Below are positions 44,184 through 57,600 of a stretch of DNA of 64,000 nucleotides, piece after piece. The DNA is from the human T2T-CHM13v2.0 reference genome, Homo sapiens. The position numbers and the translations under genes are program-made. The stretch lies in assembly GCA_009914755.4 (NCBI GenBank), contig CP068257.2, forward strand, positions 24,896,001-24,960,000, read 5' to 3'. The notes beneath the pieces were generated by a model. It did no database searches. It was given only the letters and a program-made list of their open reading frames with translations, and was not told the DNA's origin. Positions within the stretch are counted from its first letter, which is position 1. Each line of letters opens with the position of its first letter.

Positions 44184-45705
44184 GATCTCATGTCCACTTT
44201 AGCATACCACTGTTTCTCACCTTTGCCTTTTCACCAAGGTTTTGTTCTTAAGGCCTCAAAATTGTTCTTAAAATTATCCTTTCAATGTCCTCAGCCTAAC
44301 AAGGATTTATAATGATGATCTTAAAATCAAAAGTTGGCTTTGAGTTTGTGGCTACTTTTTCTTTTAAATATGGCCATATTAGCTTTTCAAAGGAAATTTG
44401 GGAGACAGTTCATATTCAAACCATGTGCTTTGATATATTAATTTTGTTGAAAAAGTCTATTATAGGGAAATAATTTTGTTTTCATTATCAATCTTGGTGG
44501 CATAAATGCTCTTAAAGATTTTAGCTTAAGAACTTCATATTTTTTCAGGAAATATACTACAATTACTACTAAGTACGTGATGTGTCCTATTTTATTTAAT
44601 TATTTTAATCAGCTGCTTCATCATTTTTTGTTTGTTTGTTTGCTTCTGGAAAAACACTCCAAAATCGGTCCCTAATTCAAAGAAAAAGGACAAGATGGAA
44701 GCTTCACTGTTAGAATATTTTTCTATGTATCCTATTAATTGTGACATTTGCATTCACTCCGAGGACAATGAAACAATGGCATTTGTATAAGCCTGTTTTT
44801 AAATTTTGTTTATTACTTTTTATTTGGAAATCTCAAATACAAAATTTGAAAGAGTGGTATAAAGCACTCACATATTTTTTACTCCGTTTCACCTATTAGC
44901 GTTCTATCTCTTTTGCCATTTGTTCTTTTTCTCTATCTGTGCACATATTACTGTTTTTCTGAATCATTCAAGAGTAAGTTGCACACATTGTAGCTCTTTC
45001 CCCCTAAATATTTCAGTATGTGTGTTAATCTGTTGGAAACTTCCAACCTATATTTGCTAATTTTTCCTTTCCTACCAATATGCAATCTACAGGGAGACAT
45101 TAAGCCGTGCAAATATCCTGCTCTTCAGCAAATTTTCCTCCTTTAGGTTTAACACACATTAGTAATTTTTGCTTGAAGCAATCTTTACTGTTATGGATGC
45201 AAATTATCATGTTTTGAACTCCAGCTTTCCCTCTGTCTATTCACCAGTTGTTGCTCGTCATTCAAAATAAGAATGCCTCTCCCTCATTGATTGATTGATT
45301 GTGAGTATGGACTTAAGAATTCCTACTTTTTCAAGAGTTTATAATTCATTAATCTTAAAATGTCCCATTTTGGGCCAGTGGAGCATCTTCAAGCTAGCTA
45401 TTGTGTCCTTGTGACACAACCCCACAAGTGTTTTGGGAATTTCTTAACTTTTTGACATAAAAGATATCCCAGGTTCATTTTGAATCTTCTCTGCTCCAGC
45501 CCTGAAATCAGTCATTTCTCTGAGGAGTTCTGGGTCCTTTTAGTGGATAATGGTCTTAGAGATCAAAGTACCCTAGAACTTAAAGTATAATAATAATAAA
45601 AAAAAAGAATGGGGAAAAGAAAGAAATCAAAGTGCATGTTACTGCTGGAGTGCCTTTGTATCTTGTCTCTTTCAGTATAAGAGCTAGGAAATATATGCAT
45701 GTTTT

Positions 45706-45792
45706 ACACACACACACACACACGGGCACTCAGATATATATATGTATATATGTAGCTGTGTATATATATATATAATGTGTATATATATATAT
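45706..45792. repeat. Compound (CA)n / (TA)n / (TG) microsatellite.
   Basis: Direct reading of the sequence. Confidence 0.9.
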
Positions 45793-46379
45793 CATCACCA
45801 TAGGGCTGTTCCTTGACTTCTCTCACTCCATATTTGTAACTCTTTTTACACTTGCTATTTCTTCACTCACTCCTGTAATACATCTAAAACAGTTTCAGAA
45901 TTGAATTGCTCTGTCCATACCACAACATAAAATAACAATACAAAAAAAAAACACTAAAAAGAATTTAGATTGTGCTTTCAATTAATTCTCCCCCCAACTC
46001 CACCCAAGACTGAGGGCGTATAGTCAGTTACTGTGTTCATCACTTACTTGAGTTAGTGCTCCCCTACCCCTGCCAACTTTAATTCACTTGAAATGCATTT
46101 GGGTTCATTTATTTCCATTTGCTTTCGGTTTTACTTAGGTTGCTGCTATTGGTGCTGCTATTGTTTGCTTTGTTTTCTCTCCCATCATTGTTGACTTGTT
46201 TTTTGAATATGTAGAACATTAGAGAGCTTCTAAAAGTAAAAAAAAAAAAATAAATACCAAAGGCTATATTCAGGGAAGTGTTAATCCTTCCCGTATGCCT
46301 CCATTCCAGTCTCCCTGTTCCTCTAACATAACCGGTGGTCATGATTTTCTAGTTTCTCTCTAATGTGTTTCTTTTTTAA

Positions 46380-47560
46380 TAAAGATAAGCAGATTTTTTA
46401 GTAGCTTGTTGTGGTGATATATGCAAAGCAATTCTGAAATTATTTTAGATGTATTATAGGATTGTGGAATGGGTAACAGCAAGGAAGAACCTCGTGGTGA
46501 TGGATTGAAATTAGAGTTATTGGTACAGATTTCATTATTTCCCTTTCCTTCTTACACGGGAGATAGCATACTGTATATGTTCTTTTGCACTATTTTTGTT
46601 TTTTGTTTGTACTGAATGATATATCCAGGAGATCATTCCATATCAGTTCCTAGAGATTGTCCTCATTCATCTATTGTTGCTCCATAGTTTACACGAAATG
46701 TGTACCATTGTTTTCTCATATGTTTGAATATTTACTTATCGGTATTTGCAATAGCAAATAATGCTGCAATGAATAACCTTAATAACCTTGAAAATATGTA
46801 TTTTCTTGTTGTTGGAGCTATATCTCAGGGTAAATTTGCAGAAGTGGTAACGCATTTTGCTAAATATTGCCAAATCCTGCTCTAGAGGGACTGTGACATT
46901 TTGCATTCCCAGCAGTAATGTATTCCTTACAACTTTGCCTACATAATATATTGCTGAGCTTTTGGATTTTTTCTTTATTGCCAATTTGATGGAAGAGTTG
47001 ATTTTTCTTGCATTTCTCTTATGAGTGAAATTGAACATCACAGGACTGTTAGTTATAATCTTTTTGTGAGTTACTTATTCAAATCTTTGCCCATTTTTCT
47101 TTAGGATTTTGGTGTTTTTCCCTCAATTTTAAAAATTTCTTTGTATATTAGGGATGTTAGATTTTTTAAAGTGGTATATGTTGCAATTTCTTTCACTTAT
47201 GGTGTTCATGCCATACAAAGGATTTAATTTTAAAGAGGTCAAATGTAATAATTTTCTTTTTGTGGTGCCTGGGTTGTGAAGTTTTGGGCAGAAAGTCTTT
47301 TTCTACTCTCAGATTGTAGAGGAACTTACCCTCAATAATAATACTTTTGCAGTTTCATATTATACATTTCGATTTCTGTGTTGTTAGATACATAACTCCG
47401 TAGGGTAGCAGGATATACATTAGCATGTAACAACAAATACCGTTTAAATAGATGAATTATAACTAGGTAAATGTATGTTTCTTTTGTTGGTGAGAGGTTC
47501 TATGTGGAGATTTGAAATCTGATGACTATCATTGTTTTCCAATTGAAGGTCTGATGCATT
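46380..47560 (-). mobile_element. Ancient L1 (L1M-type) 3' region fragment, antisense.
   Basis: The sequence gcaatagcaaataatgctgcaatgaataacc...gggtaaatttgcagaagtggtaacgcattttgctaaatattgccaaatcctgctctagagggactgtgacattttgcattcccagcagtaatgtattcc...tttctcttatgagtgaaattgaacatc...caaatctttgcccatttttctttaggatttt parallels the antisense strand of the conserved L1M 3' end. Confidence 0.6.
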
Positions 47561-48804
47561 GATTTTAATACAACTGGAAATTCTTCTAGTGGATGATATC
47601 TTATTTCTGCTTGCAGTACAGAGAATGATATGGAAAAACTAATGGAATGCCTGTTTGCTTAAAACATGGAAATTTATTCTGTAGTAATAAACAAATATAA
47701 ATGTCATTCATATTATGACAATTTTGTCTTTTTGGAACATACAAATATTTCACCATACAAAGAGAAAAAAATGGGAAACATTCTTTGTTTAATTAAAGCA
47801 AGTCTCCCACTCTATATGTTTGTAAAATAACACTATGTTAATTTGAATTTTGCAAAAGGAAAAGTATCATCCATCTTACCACTATTTTTCTTTTCTTTTT
47901 TGACGGAGGTGGGTTACTTTCTTATTTAGACTTTATAGGCATACATAACTTCACGTAATTGAAGCTTACATAATGTTTGTATAATTTTATCTTCTTTTTA
48001 AAGTTAATATTGTATCCTAAGCATTTCCCATATCTGTGAAGCCTCCATAGTTGCTATTTTCCATAGCTGCTTAGTATTCCACCAGGTTGTTTTAGCTATT
48101 TTACTCAGCTCTCCCTTCACTGTTGGAATAGCCTTCTTACTTATCTCTCAATTTCCATTCTTGCTCATATCCAAATAGTTTTCCAGACATTACTTGTGTA
48201 ATCTCTTAAAAATGAAAATGTATTCCAATCCTCCACTGACAGAAACTTTTTCAGACATTCTCATTAGACTTTGAATAAAATTCAAACTTTTTACCAAAGC
48301 CTAAAGAGTCACACATGATTTGGTTCCCTTCTGCCTTTCTGAGTTCTTTTCCCCCTAAATCTGACCACGAGAGCCTTTCAGAAGTACTGATCGTTTCCTT
48401 GCCACATGCTGTTTTATTTCTCTGTAGCAATCCTCCCCACAAATCTTCACCTTTAGATTTCACCTTAATTATCACTTTTTGTCAGAGATCACTTCCTGGC
48501 TCACACTCTCTCATTCTCAATCAAAACATTATATTGGTTTAACGTGCCTTCTAGGTAATTCTGATGAGAATTTGAGAACCACTAGTCTAGAAAATTGCTG
48601 TCTAACAAAAATATGTGAGCCACATAGGTAATTTAAAATTTTTCATAGCCACGTTAAAAGGGTAAAATAAAAGAAGTGAAGTTAATTTAACAATGTCTTG
48701 TATTTACCTTGATTAATCTGAAATATTTCAACATGTAATTAATTTTTTTCTTTCTTTTTTTACTGATCCAAAGAGGAACAAGTTTCAACATGTAATTAAT
48801 ATAA

Positions 48805-49182
<378 letters not shown>

Positions 49183-50931
49183 TCCTGTGTGCTTTTTACG
49201 CTTACAACCCATCTCAACTTGGGCACTAAATGTTTATCAAAGATACCAGACCTATATTTACATTTCAAAAAATGTACATTTGAAAAAGTAGATTCACATA
49301 TCAGAATTGCTTCAATTCTACTTCAGTTTTCCAGTAACTGAAGTATTTTTAAATTAAAATTTAAATTAATTAAAATGAAATAAAATGAAAAATTTAGTTT
49401 ATCAGTTGCACTATTCATATTTTAAGTAGCCATGATTTAAGCCATATTTTAAGATGCATGTGGCTAGTAGTGACCATATTGGACGGTACCAATCTAGGTA
49501 ATACTAAGATTATGCCATGAGGCTGCTCAAGTGAGGACTCCACATCTTAGGTACCAAAGATCATTATGGGAATGGCTATTGCTGCTCCCTCTTGGGCCTG
49601 GATGACTTTGCCATGCCAGTCCACACTTACAAAAAGTAGACTCTTTATGCTTTCATCTCCATGCCCTTTCATTTGCACTTAATATTGTAACAATGCATTG
49701 GATAGGAAGAGCCAAAATCATGCCTGGGCTCTAGTTGGAACTCTGAGATGTGGAGCTTCTGGAATCTTCACGGGGGTGGCAGTCCTCCTTACCTGGAAAA
49801 TTTGCAAGACACGGGAAAAAAAAACTCAAAAAGTGCTGGGTACTCAAAGACATATTTCCTATATCCACTGTATGTGCCTATTATTTTGTAAGCCTTCAAA
49901 GGCAGGGACCGGATCCATTCTGTTCATGGCTGTTTTATCGAGAGCTTTCAACATGGTTTGGCTTCTATGAGTGTGCAATGATTTTTGCTTTAATAAATGA
50001 ATGTATGATTTACACCAGGGAAAGCGAACTAATATAAAACATATGTTCGTTTCGGTGTCTGGGGAAACTTAGTTTCAATCTTACACTGTTGTGGAGAAGA
50101 CATATACTTATCTATTTGCTTTTAACCTCTGCTACTGCCAAGACTATTTTTCTGATATCTTCCAGGGATTTCTCTGGACGATAAATTAAAAATGAAACAT
50201 GAATCACAGCGGAGCTGAAAGGCAGGATGACCTTGAGTACATAGCAAAGGATGATTCAGCTGGTGATTTCACAAGATATGTCAATCAGGAAGCTTGCTTA
50301 CCCTCGCTCTTTAAAGGAAAATTGACTTGACTTCAGTCATACCGAAGGGAAACTTCAGGCAGATGTTTTGGTACCAAATGACCTTTTTCTGTTGTAGCCT
50401 TGTTGATTAGATTAGGAAAGGGCATCTGATCCCAGAGTAGTCAATCCTTAGACTAGCAAGCAGTTTACAGCATTACTTGGAATAAAACGATAAGCTTGGC
50501 CCATCAGATTAGAATAGTTGAGAATTAAAATTAGGAAACAACAAAATAATGAGGGAGGTGACAGTGGGAGCTGAAAATGCAGCGTGTGAGAGAGGGGAGG
50601 GCGTGCAGCTGTACCGAGCCATTTTTGGCCTAAATTAATGAGGGAGGAGCGGCGATGGGCAAACAGAAACAAGGAAGTAGAGAAAAATGTCAATTTAAAT
50701 GTATATATGTATCCATACACATGCGCACACATATGTGTATACACACACATAGCACTGAATGTTCCCTTTTCCTGGAGTTGTATTTCTAAATTTTCATATG
50801 GGAAACTTTTAATTACGTCCTCTACTTGTGTTTTTGGCTTTGAGTCAGATGTCTCCTTTTTAGTGAGTCTTCTCTAACTTCCTAGTCTAATCTTGCCTTC
50901 TCTGCCTCTTCCCCTCCAACCTTTATTTCTT

Positions 50932-51174
50932 TGGCTGGAGTGCAGTGGTGTGATCTCAGCTCACTGCAACCCCCGCCTCCCGGGTTCAAGCAATTCTCCT
51001 GCCTTAGCCTCCCCGAGTAGCTGGGACTACAGACGCCTGCAACCATGCGGAGCTAATTTTTGTACTTTTAGTAGAGGCGGGGTTTCACCATGTTGACCAG
51101 GCTGGTCTCGAACTCCCACACACCTTGGCCTCCCAAAGTGCTGGGATTATAGGCATCAGTCACTGCACCTGGCC
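50932..51174 (-). mobile_element. Alu SINE missing its own 3' end (no tail, starts at ggctggagtgcagtgg).
   Basis: The sequence ggctggagtgcagtggtgtgatctcagctcactgcaacccccgcctcccgggttcaagcaattctcctgcc...gtgctgggattataggcatcagtcactgcacctggcc. Confidence 0.85.
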
Positions 51175-51771
51175 CCATCCTTCATTTCTAACACAATATA
51201 TTCTTATTGTCCATATAACACTTATCACTATCTGAGTTAACTTTTGTATTGATTGGTTTACGATTTACTGTCAATTGCTCCCACATGAATATAAACAGCA
51301 TGAAATTAGGAGAGTATATCTCACATACAGTACTCTATGTGCAGTGTCTCCAGTGGTACCTGATGTTCTTTCAGTGGGAAATATCTGTTAAAAGAATATG
51401 TAATAAATATAAATTTGCAGATGACATAGGAAACAAAATTGGTAGACTGAAAAAAAAAATACCAAGAGCTGCAAAGCCGGTGAGCCTGTAAACAGTTATG
51501 GAAATGGAAATGAAGATTGTGTGAGGATCACAGAATTCTACTACTGAGTTCCTTAGCACTACCTTGGCTCACTTCATTTTCCCCTTGTCCTGGGAGTATG
51601 ATATCTTTTTCCTGGGATTATGTAGTAATTCAGGGTCAAAAGTATTAGGCTATGTCTTGCCGCAAGGTTTTGCAAGTTATATTTTTGTTGATCAGATAAA
51701 ATAGAGACGTTTCTTGCGTTTGCCGCCGGCCCCCCTCCTCACTCTGGTAACGATACTCTCAAGTTCTAAAT

Positions 51772-51973
51772 CATTGGTTCTCAACCAGGGGCACTTTCTC
51801 CCCAGGACACGTTTGACTATGTCTGGGGATGTTTTGGTTATTACAACTTGGGCAGGGAAGAGGAGATAGGGACCAAGGATGCTGCTGAGTATTCTACAAT
51901 GCACAGCAAAGCTCCCCACAATAAAGAGTTTTGCAGTCCCAAACATCAATAGCGCTGAGGTTGAGAAACCCTG
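51772..51973. mobile_element. MER5-family-like hAT MITE with visible terminal inverted repeats, ggttctcaacc...ggttgagaaacc.
   Basis: The sequence cattggttctcaaccaggggcactttctccccaggacacgtttgactatgtctggggatgttttggttattacaacttgggcagggaagagg...ctgctgagtattctacaatgcacagcaaagctccccacaataaagagttttgcagtcccaaacatcaatagcgctgaggttgagaaaccctg. The TIRs are directly visible. The family assignment comes from memory of the consensus. Confidence 0.55.
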
Positions 51974-52130
51974 TTTTAAAGTGTCATGCTGTCTAAACTG
52001 ACTAAACTATCATTGCTCTTAAGCAGATGATATAGTATCAGATATAGGATTTCATATAGGATTTGCCCTCAAGTCCCAGGGTTTTCTGTAACTTATAATA
52101 GAAGAGTTGGGAGAAATCAAGTTAATCCTA

Positions 52131-52865
52131 GGGATGTGCTATGGGTTGAATGTTTGGGTCCCTTCTAAAATTCATGTTAAAACTGCATCCCAAGGGCAAC
52201 AGTATTAAGAGGTAGGGTCTTCAGAAGTTGATTAGGACATGAGGGCTCTGCTCTCAGGGTTGGGATTAGTGCCTTTTAAAAGAGCTGGGGCAGGCCAAGC
52301 ATGGTGGTTTACACCTGTAATCCCAGCACTTTGGGAGGCTAAGGCAGGATGATTGCTTGAGGCCAGGAATTCGAGGTCAACATGGGCAACATAGTGAGAC
52401 CTTGTCTCTGCAAAAAATAAAAAATTTTAAAAATAGCTGAGCTAAAAAATTAGTGATGGCACGCAGCTATAATCCTAACTACTTGAGAGGCTGAGAGGTG
52501 AGGATCACTTGAGACCAGGAGTTTGAGATTGCAGTGAGCCATGATCCTGCCACTGTACTCTAGTCTGGGTGACACAGTGAGACCCTGTCGAAAAAAAAAA
52601 AAAAAGAGAGGGAGCTAGCTAGGCTTATTTCCTCTTTCATTCCTTCCACCATGTGAAGACACAATGTTTGTCTTATCCAGGGGATGCAGCAATAAAATGC
52701 CATCTTAGAAGAAGGGACAGAGTGCCCTGGCCAGACAATAGAACCTCCTGGCAAATTGATGTCAGATTTCTCAGCCTTGAGAACTGCGAAAAATAAATGT
52801 CTTCTCTTTATAAATTACATAGTCTTAGGTATTTTGTTATCACAGCATGAATGATCTAAGACAGG
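52131..52865 (+). mobile_element. MLT1-type (ERVL-MaLR) solo LTR, split by a nested AluJ at 52293-52606.
   Basis: The LTR 5' end is tgctatgggttgaatgtttgggtcccttctaaaattcatgttaaaactgcatccc...gagggctctgctctcagggttgggattagtgcctttt. The LTR 3' part after the Alu is ...ccaccatgtgaagacacaatg...gagtgccctggccagacaatagaacctcctggcaaattgatgtcagatttctcagccttgagaactgcgaaaaataaatgtcttctctttataaattacatagtcttaggtattttgttatcacagca. Confidence 0.8.
52293..52606 (+). mobile_element. AluJ-like SINE nested in the MLT1 LTR.
   Basis: The sequence ggccaagcatggtggtttacacctgtaatcccagcactttgggaggctaaggcaggatgattgcttgaggccaggaattcgaggtc... continues to poly-A and is diverged. Confidence 0.9.
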
Positions 52866-53329
52866 ATACTTCCTATTAAGTGGGCTGATTGACCATATAC
52901 ATATATCTACTCTCCCGAACTTCACTGAAGAAGAATGAAGAATTAAAAATGTATCAGTTCATAAGGTCAAAGAAATAGGAGAGAAAAAGAAAACTATTGA
53001 CAAGAGATTGCTGTGAATTTTGGAAGCTAGAAAGTCGGTCAAGGTATAGTACCTGACCTAGAGAAAAAAATGGACAATTTAACCTGAGTACTTGTGAAAG
53101 GTATTCCAATTGCAATGCTCAGAGCTTGAAGGTACCAGGTAAAATGGAAGGCAGCAATAAGAATTGGGGCTGAGAAGAGAAGGACTGATTTAAAATGGGT
53201 ATATAAAAGTGGGTAGATTCCAGATCTCCTCTGCCATGAAATGCCACTTGCATCGCTTCCCTTTTCAGCTCCCTCCCTCTCCACTCCTAATTCTCCCTGA
53301 CCACCACAAGTACCTCATGTTCAGACTCT

Positions 53330-53862
53330 GGATAATTTGAACAAGAGACTTTCTGGAATCAGTGACTGGAAGCATGACTGCACTAATGTAAGCAGGGGGT
53401 GTTGTGGTATGAGATGGTGGTATCGCACTAAAGCCTTGTTAGTCCTGGTAGACCATGATGAGAAGCTCAAAATTCATTCCAAATATGGCAGGAAGATACT
53501 GAGAGTTTCAAGAAGAATTTCATGATCGTAAATAATGAATGGTGTAGCATTATTGCATTGGTGCCGTCGTTGCCACAGTCAGTGAATTCTCGTAAGATCT
53601 GGTTGCTTAAAAGTGTGTGGCACCTCCCCGCAACCTCCACTCTCTCTATTGCTCCCATCCTCACCAGGACCCTGGATTCCCCTTTACCTTCGGCCATAAG
53701 TAAAAGCTCCCTGAGGCCACCCCAGAAGCTGAGCAGATGTTGGTGCCATGTTTGTACAGCCTGCAAAACCGTGAGTCAACTAAACCTATTTTCTTTATAA
53801 CTTACCCAGTCTCAGGTATTCCTTTCTAGCAATGCACAAATGGTCTAACACACCTGGTATTG
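53330..53862 (+). mobile_element. Second MaLR LTR (MST/MLT-like), same orientation as the previous one but apparently a different subfamily.
   Basis: The sequence ...ggtatcgcactaaagccttgttagtcctggtagaccatgatgag...ctcgtaagatctggttgcttaaaagtgtgtggcacctccc...ctgaggccaccccagaagctgagcagatgttggtgccatgtttgtacagcctgcaaaaccgtgagtcaactaaacctattttctttataacttacccagtctcaggtattcctttctagcaatgcacaaatggtctaacaca. Confidence 0.75.
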
Positions 53863-54521
53863 TCCTTGTGCTTATGTCTTTTACAATGACTCATACCATT
53901 GCTGCCTTACTAAGAGAAGAGATAGAAAGGACAGCAGACTTGTGAGGCGCTGCTTGTATTACTATCTTACTAAATGGGATTATAGACTTGTCTACTCATA
54001 GCTAACAAACAGTAGAGCCAGAATGTTAAGCAAGATCGGAGGACTTCAAAACTTACTCTCTTTCCACTGCAACCCATCGTGCCAATTCTGAGATATGGCA
54101 GCCTTTACAAATGAACGTTCCAGATGTGCGATATTCTGCTTTAGTGGATGAATAGCCTCTCATTCATAACATTTGATACAATCGATGTTTCGTATCATAG
54201 GACTAATGATCAACCTACCTTCAATACAAGATGTTCAAGCTGATAAGGAAGAACTCACCTCTTATCTACTGATATTAATGCCTCTGCTCCATAGTTGTCA
54301 AGTAAACATATAAATCTTCTCTTATATATTTCATCTTGATTATGAACAAGATATTATGTAACTTAATGTGTATTTGCCATTTTCTATTTATCTGTGATCA
54401 CACATTTTATATTTCTGTACCCTAAAGTGAGAAGTAAGCAGGGATGCAATACTTCTCTCTTATAAAGTAAATTCAAACCTACAGATGTAAGGTGGCTTGT
54501 TTACTAACCACTTAGAAGTTA

Positions 54522-54845
<324 letters not shown>

Positions 54846-57189
54846 TTAATGTATTATCCTGCCTATTTCCCACATCTTACTAGAGATTTCAATTTTAGTG
54901 TAGAATCTTCTCCCAGGTTTCTACTCCCAAGCCAAGATCAGCTTTTCTTCTGATCCAAGGTTGGTCCATACACTTGTGTTTTGACTTCTACCTCCTTCTA
55001 TCTCTTAATTATTATCCCCTTAAGATATTTTTCCCTATAGGTATCTCTTATTCCATATTTTAGACTTTTTTTTCTTCTTTGGCTCTTTTCTTCAGTATGT
55101 AAACATGATTGCAGATGTTATAAACTGAGAAGCTATGTAGCATCTTTGGTAATTTTAACTGTTGTGCGTAAGTTTTTGGCAAAGCTATATCTCCACAGAT
55201 TTTGTTGCTTCTTTGAGAGATATGTTTCTGTTTTATGGATATACTTTTAATGTAGTCTGCTTGTATACTGTAATTTATTCTTTGAGATTGCATGTATTCT
55301 TGCTTGAGCAGCTGTTTTCTGGAATGAGGATCTCAAATGAAGAGGGCTTTAATAAAGAGATATAGGCACAGTTTTAAATTGATACTGAAAAGAACTCATA
55401 AAAGGAAGGACATTTTTATGTGTGTATGAACATTTTAGGGAATTCTTGATTTCTTACCAGTGGCATTGTCTAAGACGAAATGACCTAGATGCTGGGAAAT
55501 GACTTTGTTGAGAACTGTTGTGTTCAGATACGTTTGTCCTGGTGGGGCCAGAGGAAGAGCCACATCTCTGTGAAGGTGAGGTCTGTCCTTAAGGGAGAAG
55601 ATATTTCTTCAGCTAATCAACTAGGAAAAATGAACATCCTGTAACAAGAAGTCAAATCTTATGGTATAGTGAAAGGAAGACATTTTTCCCCATTTAAGGT
55701 CTTGGGGCAGTGAAGATTAAACTCAAGGGTATGATATAGTCAGGGCACTCTGTAGAGGTATGAGCTGGCACTCTGTAGAGGTATGACCTGGTAGTGTCAT
55801 GTTTCTTACTGAAGATAGGCTAGTCTTTACATATATGATATGAGACATGGATTTTATGATCAAGAGGCTATAAGTCCGTGTATCCCATATGGCTAGAAAG
55901 ATTGTATGACCCTGAGAATGGGCCTGAACCTGGGGACTGTGAGATCATCTATATACAGCAGAAGTTGATAGTTAATCTCTGTGTTGTAATTTCATTGAAT
56001 CTCCAGTAAGGCCTAAAATATTCAGTCTTTTCTTGGCTCTATGACTGAAAATATAGGCAGATGTGCCTAGGATGATGATAGCAGTGATGGGCACCAGTCC
56101 AGGTAGGCTGGGCCTGGCAGAGTGTAAATCTTATGCCAGAGCATCAGTGACCAACTCCATGAGCAGGCCAGCACATGTGAAAAAGGCTCCTGGGAAACTT
56201 AGAGATATAATTGGAAGATTATTAAATGGACTCAGAGTCATGGCATTCACAGGCACGTTACCTTTTAGATTAGAGAACACAACAGTATCTTCAATAGTCC
56301 TTCATTTCCCCTCCTGCCTCACAATAAAAAATACCTCTTGCCTCTAACCCTGAAAATATGCAGTGAAAAAATAATTATTGTACTCTTTGTAACCTCTGAG
56401 GGATAATGAAATTGCCAGAGGAATGGCAGGGAAAGAGTGATCAATTAAAAAATAAACCCAGGAATTATAAGTGGTAAGTTGGATGTTGATTTTTGACCAC
56501 ATTTGAGAAAGCAATTTTTACGTAAGTTTTGGTTAGAATGAAAGTGGAAAAATTAGTGAGTCAGGTTACAATAATGGGAAACAGTAGAGTAGACATCAGA
56601 AAGTTAGGATTATAGTCCTGATTAATGCTTACTAGCAGTGGATTCTTATATTATTTTACCATTCTGAGTTTTTATTTCTTTGATAGTGCAAGGAGAACAC
56701 TTCTATCTTCTCTGCTGGTATCATAGTAAGAATAACTAAATGATATATGCAAAAGATATACACACCTATGTTATTATTTCTACCAGTCAATGGCCTCTTA
56801 CATCCCTTTAAATCATGATTCCCTGACTCTGTGAAAGCTAGACATATATAGAAATATTTAAAACTATTAATAGTAATATTTGTGCCATTTTCCATATTAT
56901 ATTGAGACACTAGAATACAAATATTTTCAATTGTACATTTGGTTTTTATAATCCAGAGTTAAAACTTTATGCAATCAATATTATTATCCTGGGGAATTTA
57001 GACAAAATAATAATAAGCATTGTCATCTATAGAAAGAAGCATTTTCAGTTCATCAATTGCTGCAGATCCATATTCCTTTATTGGATTTTCTTAGCCACAC
57101 TATAATAAAGTGTATATGGAATCATCTGTCTGCCAAAAGGTAAAATTTCAGAGCAAAGAATTTTTGTTTGGAAGGTAGTAGCAAGTATA

Positions 57190-57600
57190 TGAAAATAGCC
57201 ATCTGTATTAGCCTGCTAGGGCTGCTGTAACAAATGCCATAGACTGGGTAGCTTAAATAACACAAATGTGTTTACTTTCACAGTTCTGGATGCTGGAAGT
57301 CCACGATTTAGATGTTGGCAGGGTTGGGCTCTCCTGAGGCCTCTCTCCTTGGCTTTCAGATGACTGCCCTCTCACTGTGTCCTCTCGTGGCCTTTCCACC
57401 GTGTGCACATCTCCAGCATCTTTTTCTCTTCTTAGAAGGACACAAGTCATATTGATTTAAGATCCCATGCTATGACCTGATTTAATTTTAACTGCTCTTT
57501 AAAGGCCCTATCTCCAAATACAATCACATTGAGGGTTTAGGCCTTCAACACATAAATTTTGGAGGGGACACCATTTGGTCCACAACGACATCATAAGACA
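57190..57600. repeat. Old interspersed repeat of the common family containing gctgctgtaacaaa...agtggcttaaa...acagttctggaggctggaagtcc. The exact RepeatMasker name was not recalled.
   Basis: The sequence gctagggctgctgtaacaaatgccatagactgggtagcttaaataacacaaatgtgtttactttcacagttctggatgctggaagtccacgatttagatgttggcagggttgggctctcctgaggcctctctccttggctttcagatgactgccc... is a frequently seen human repeat consensus pattern. Confidence 0.4.
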
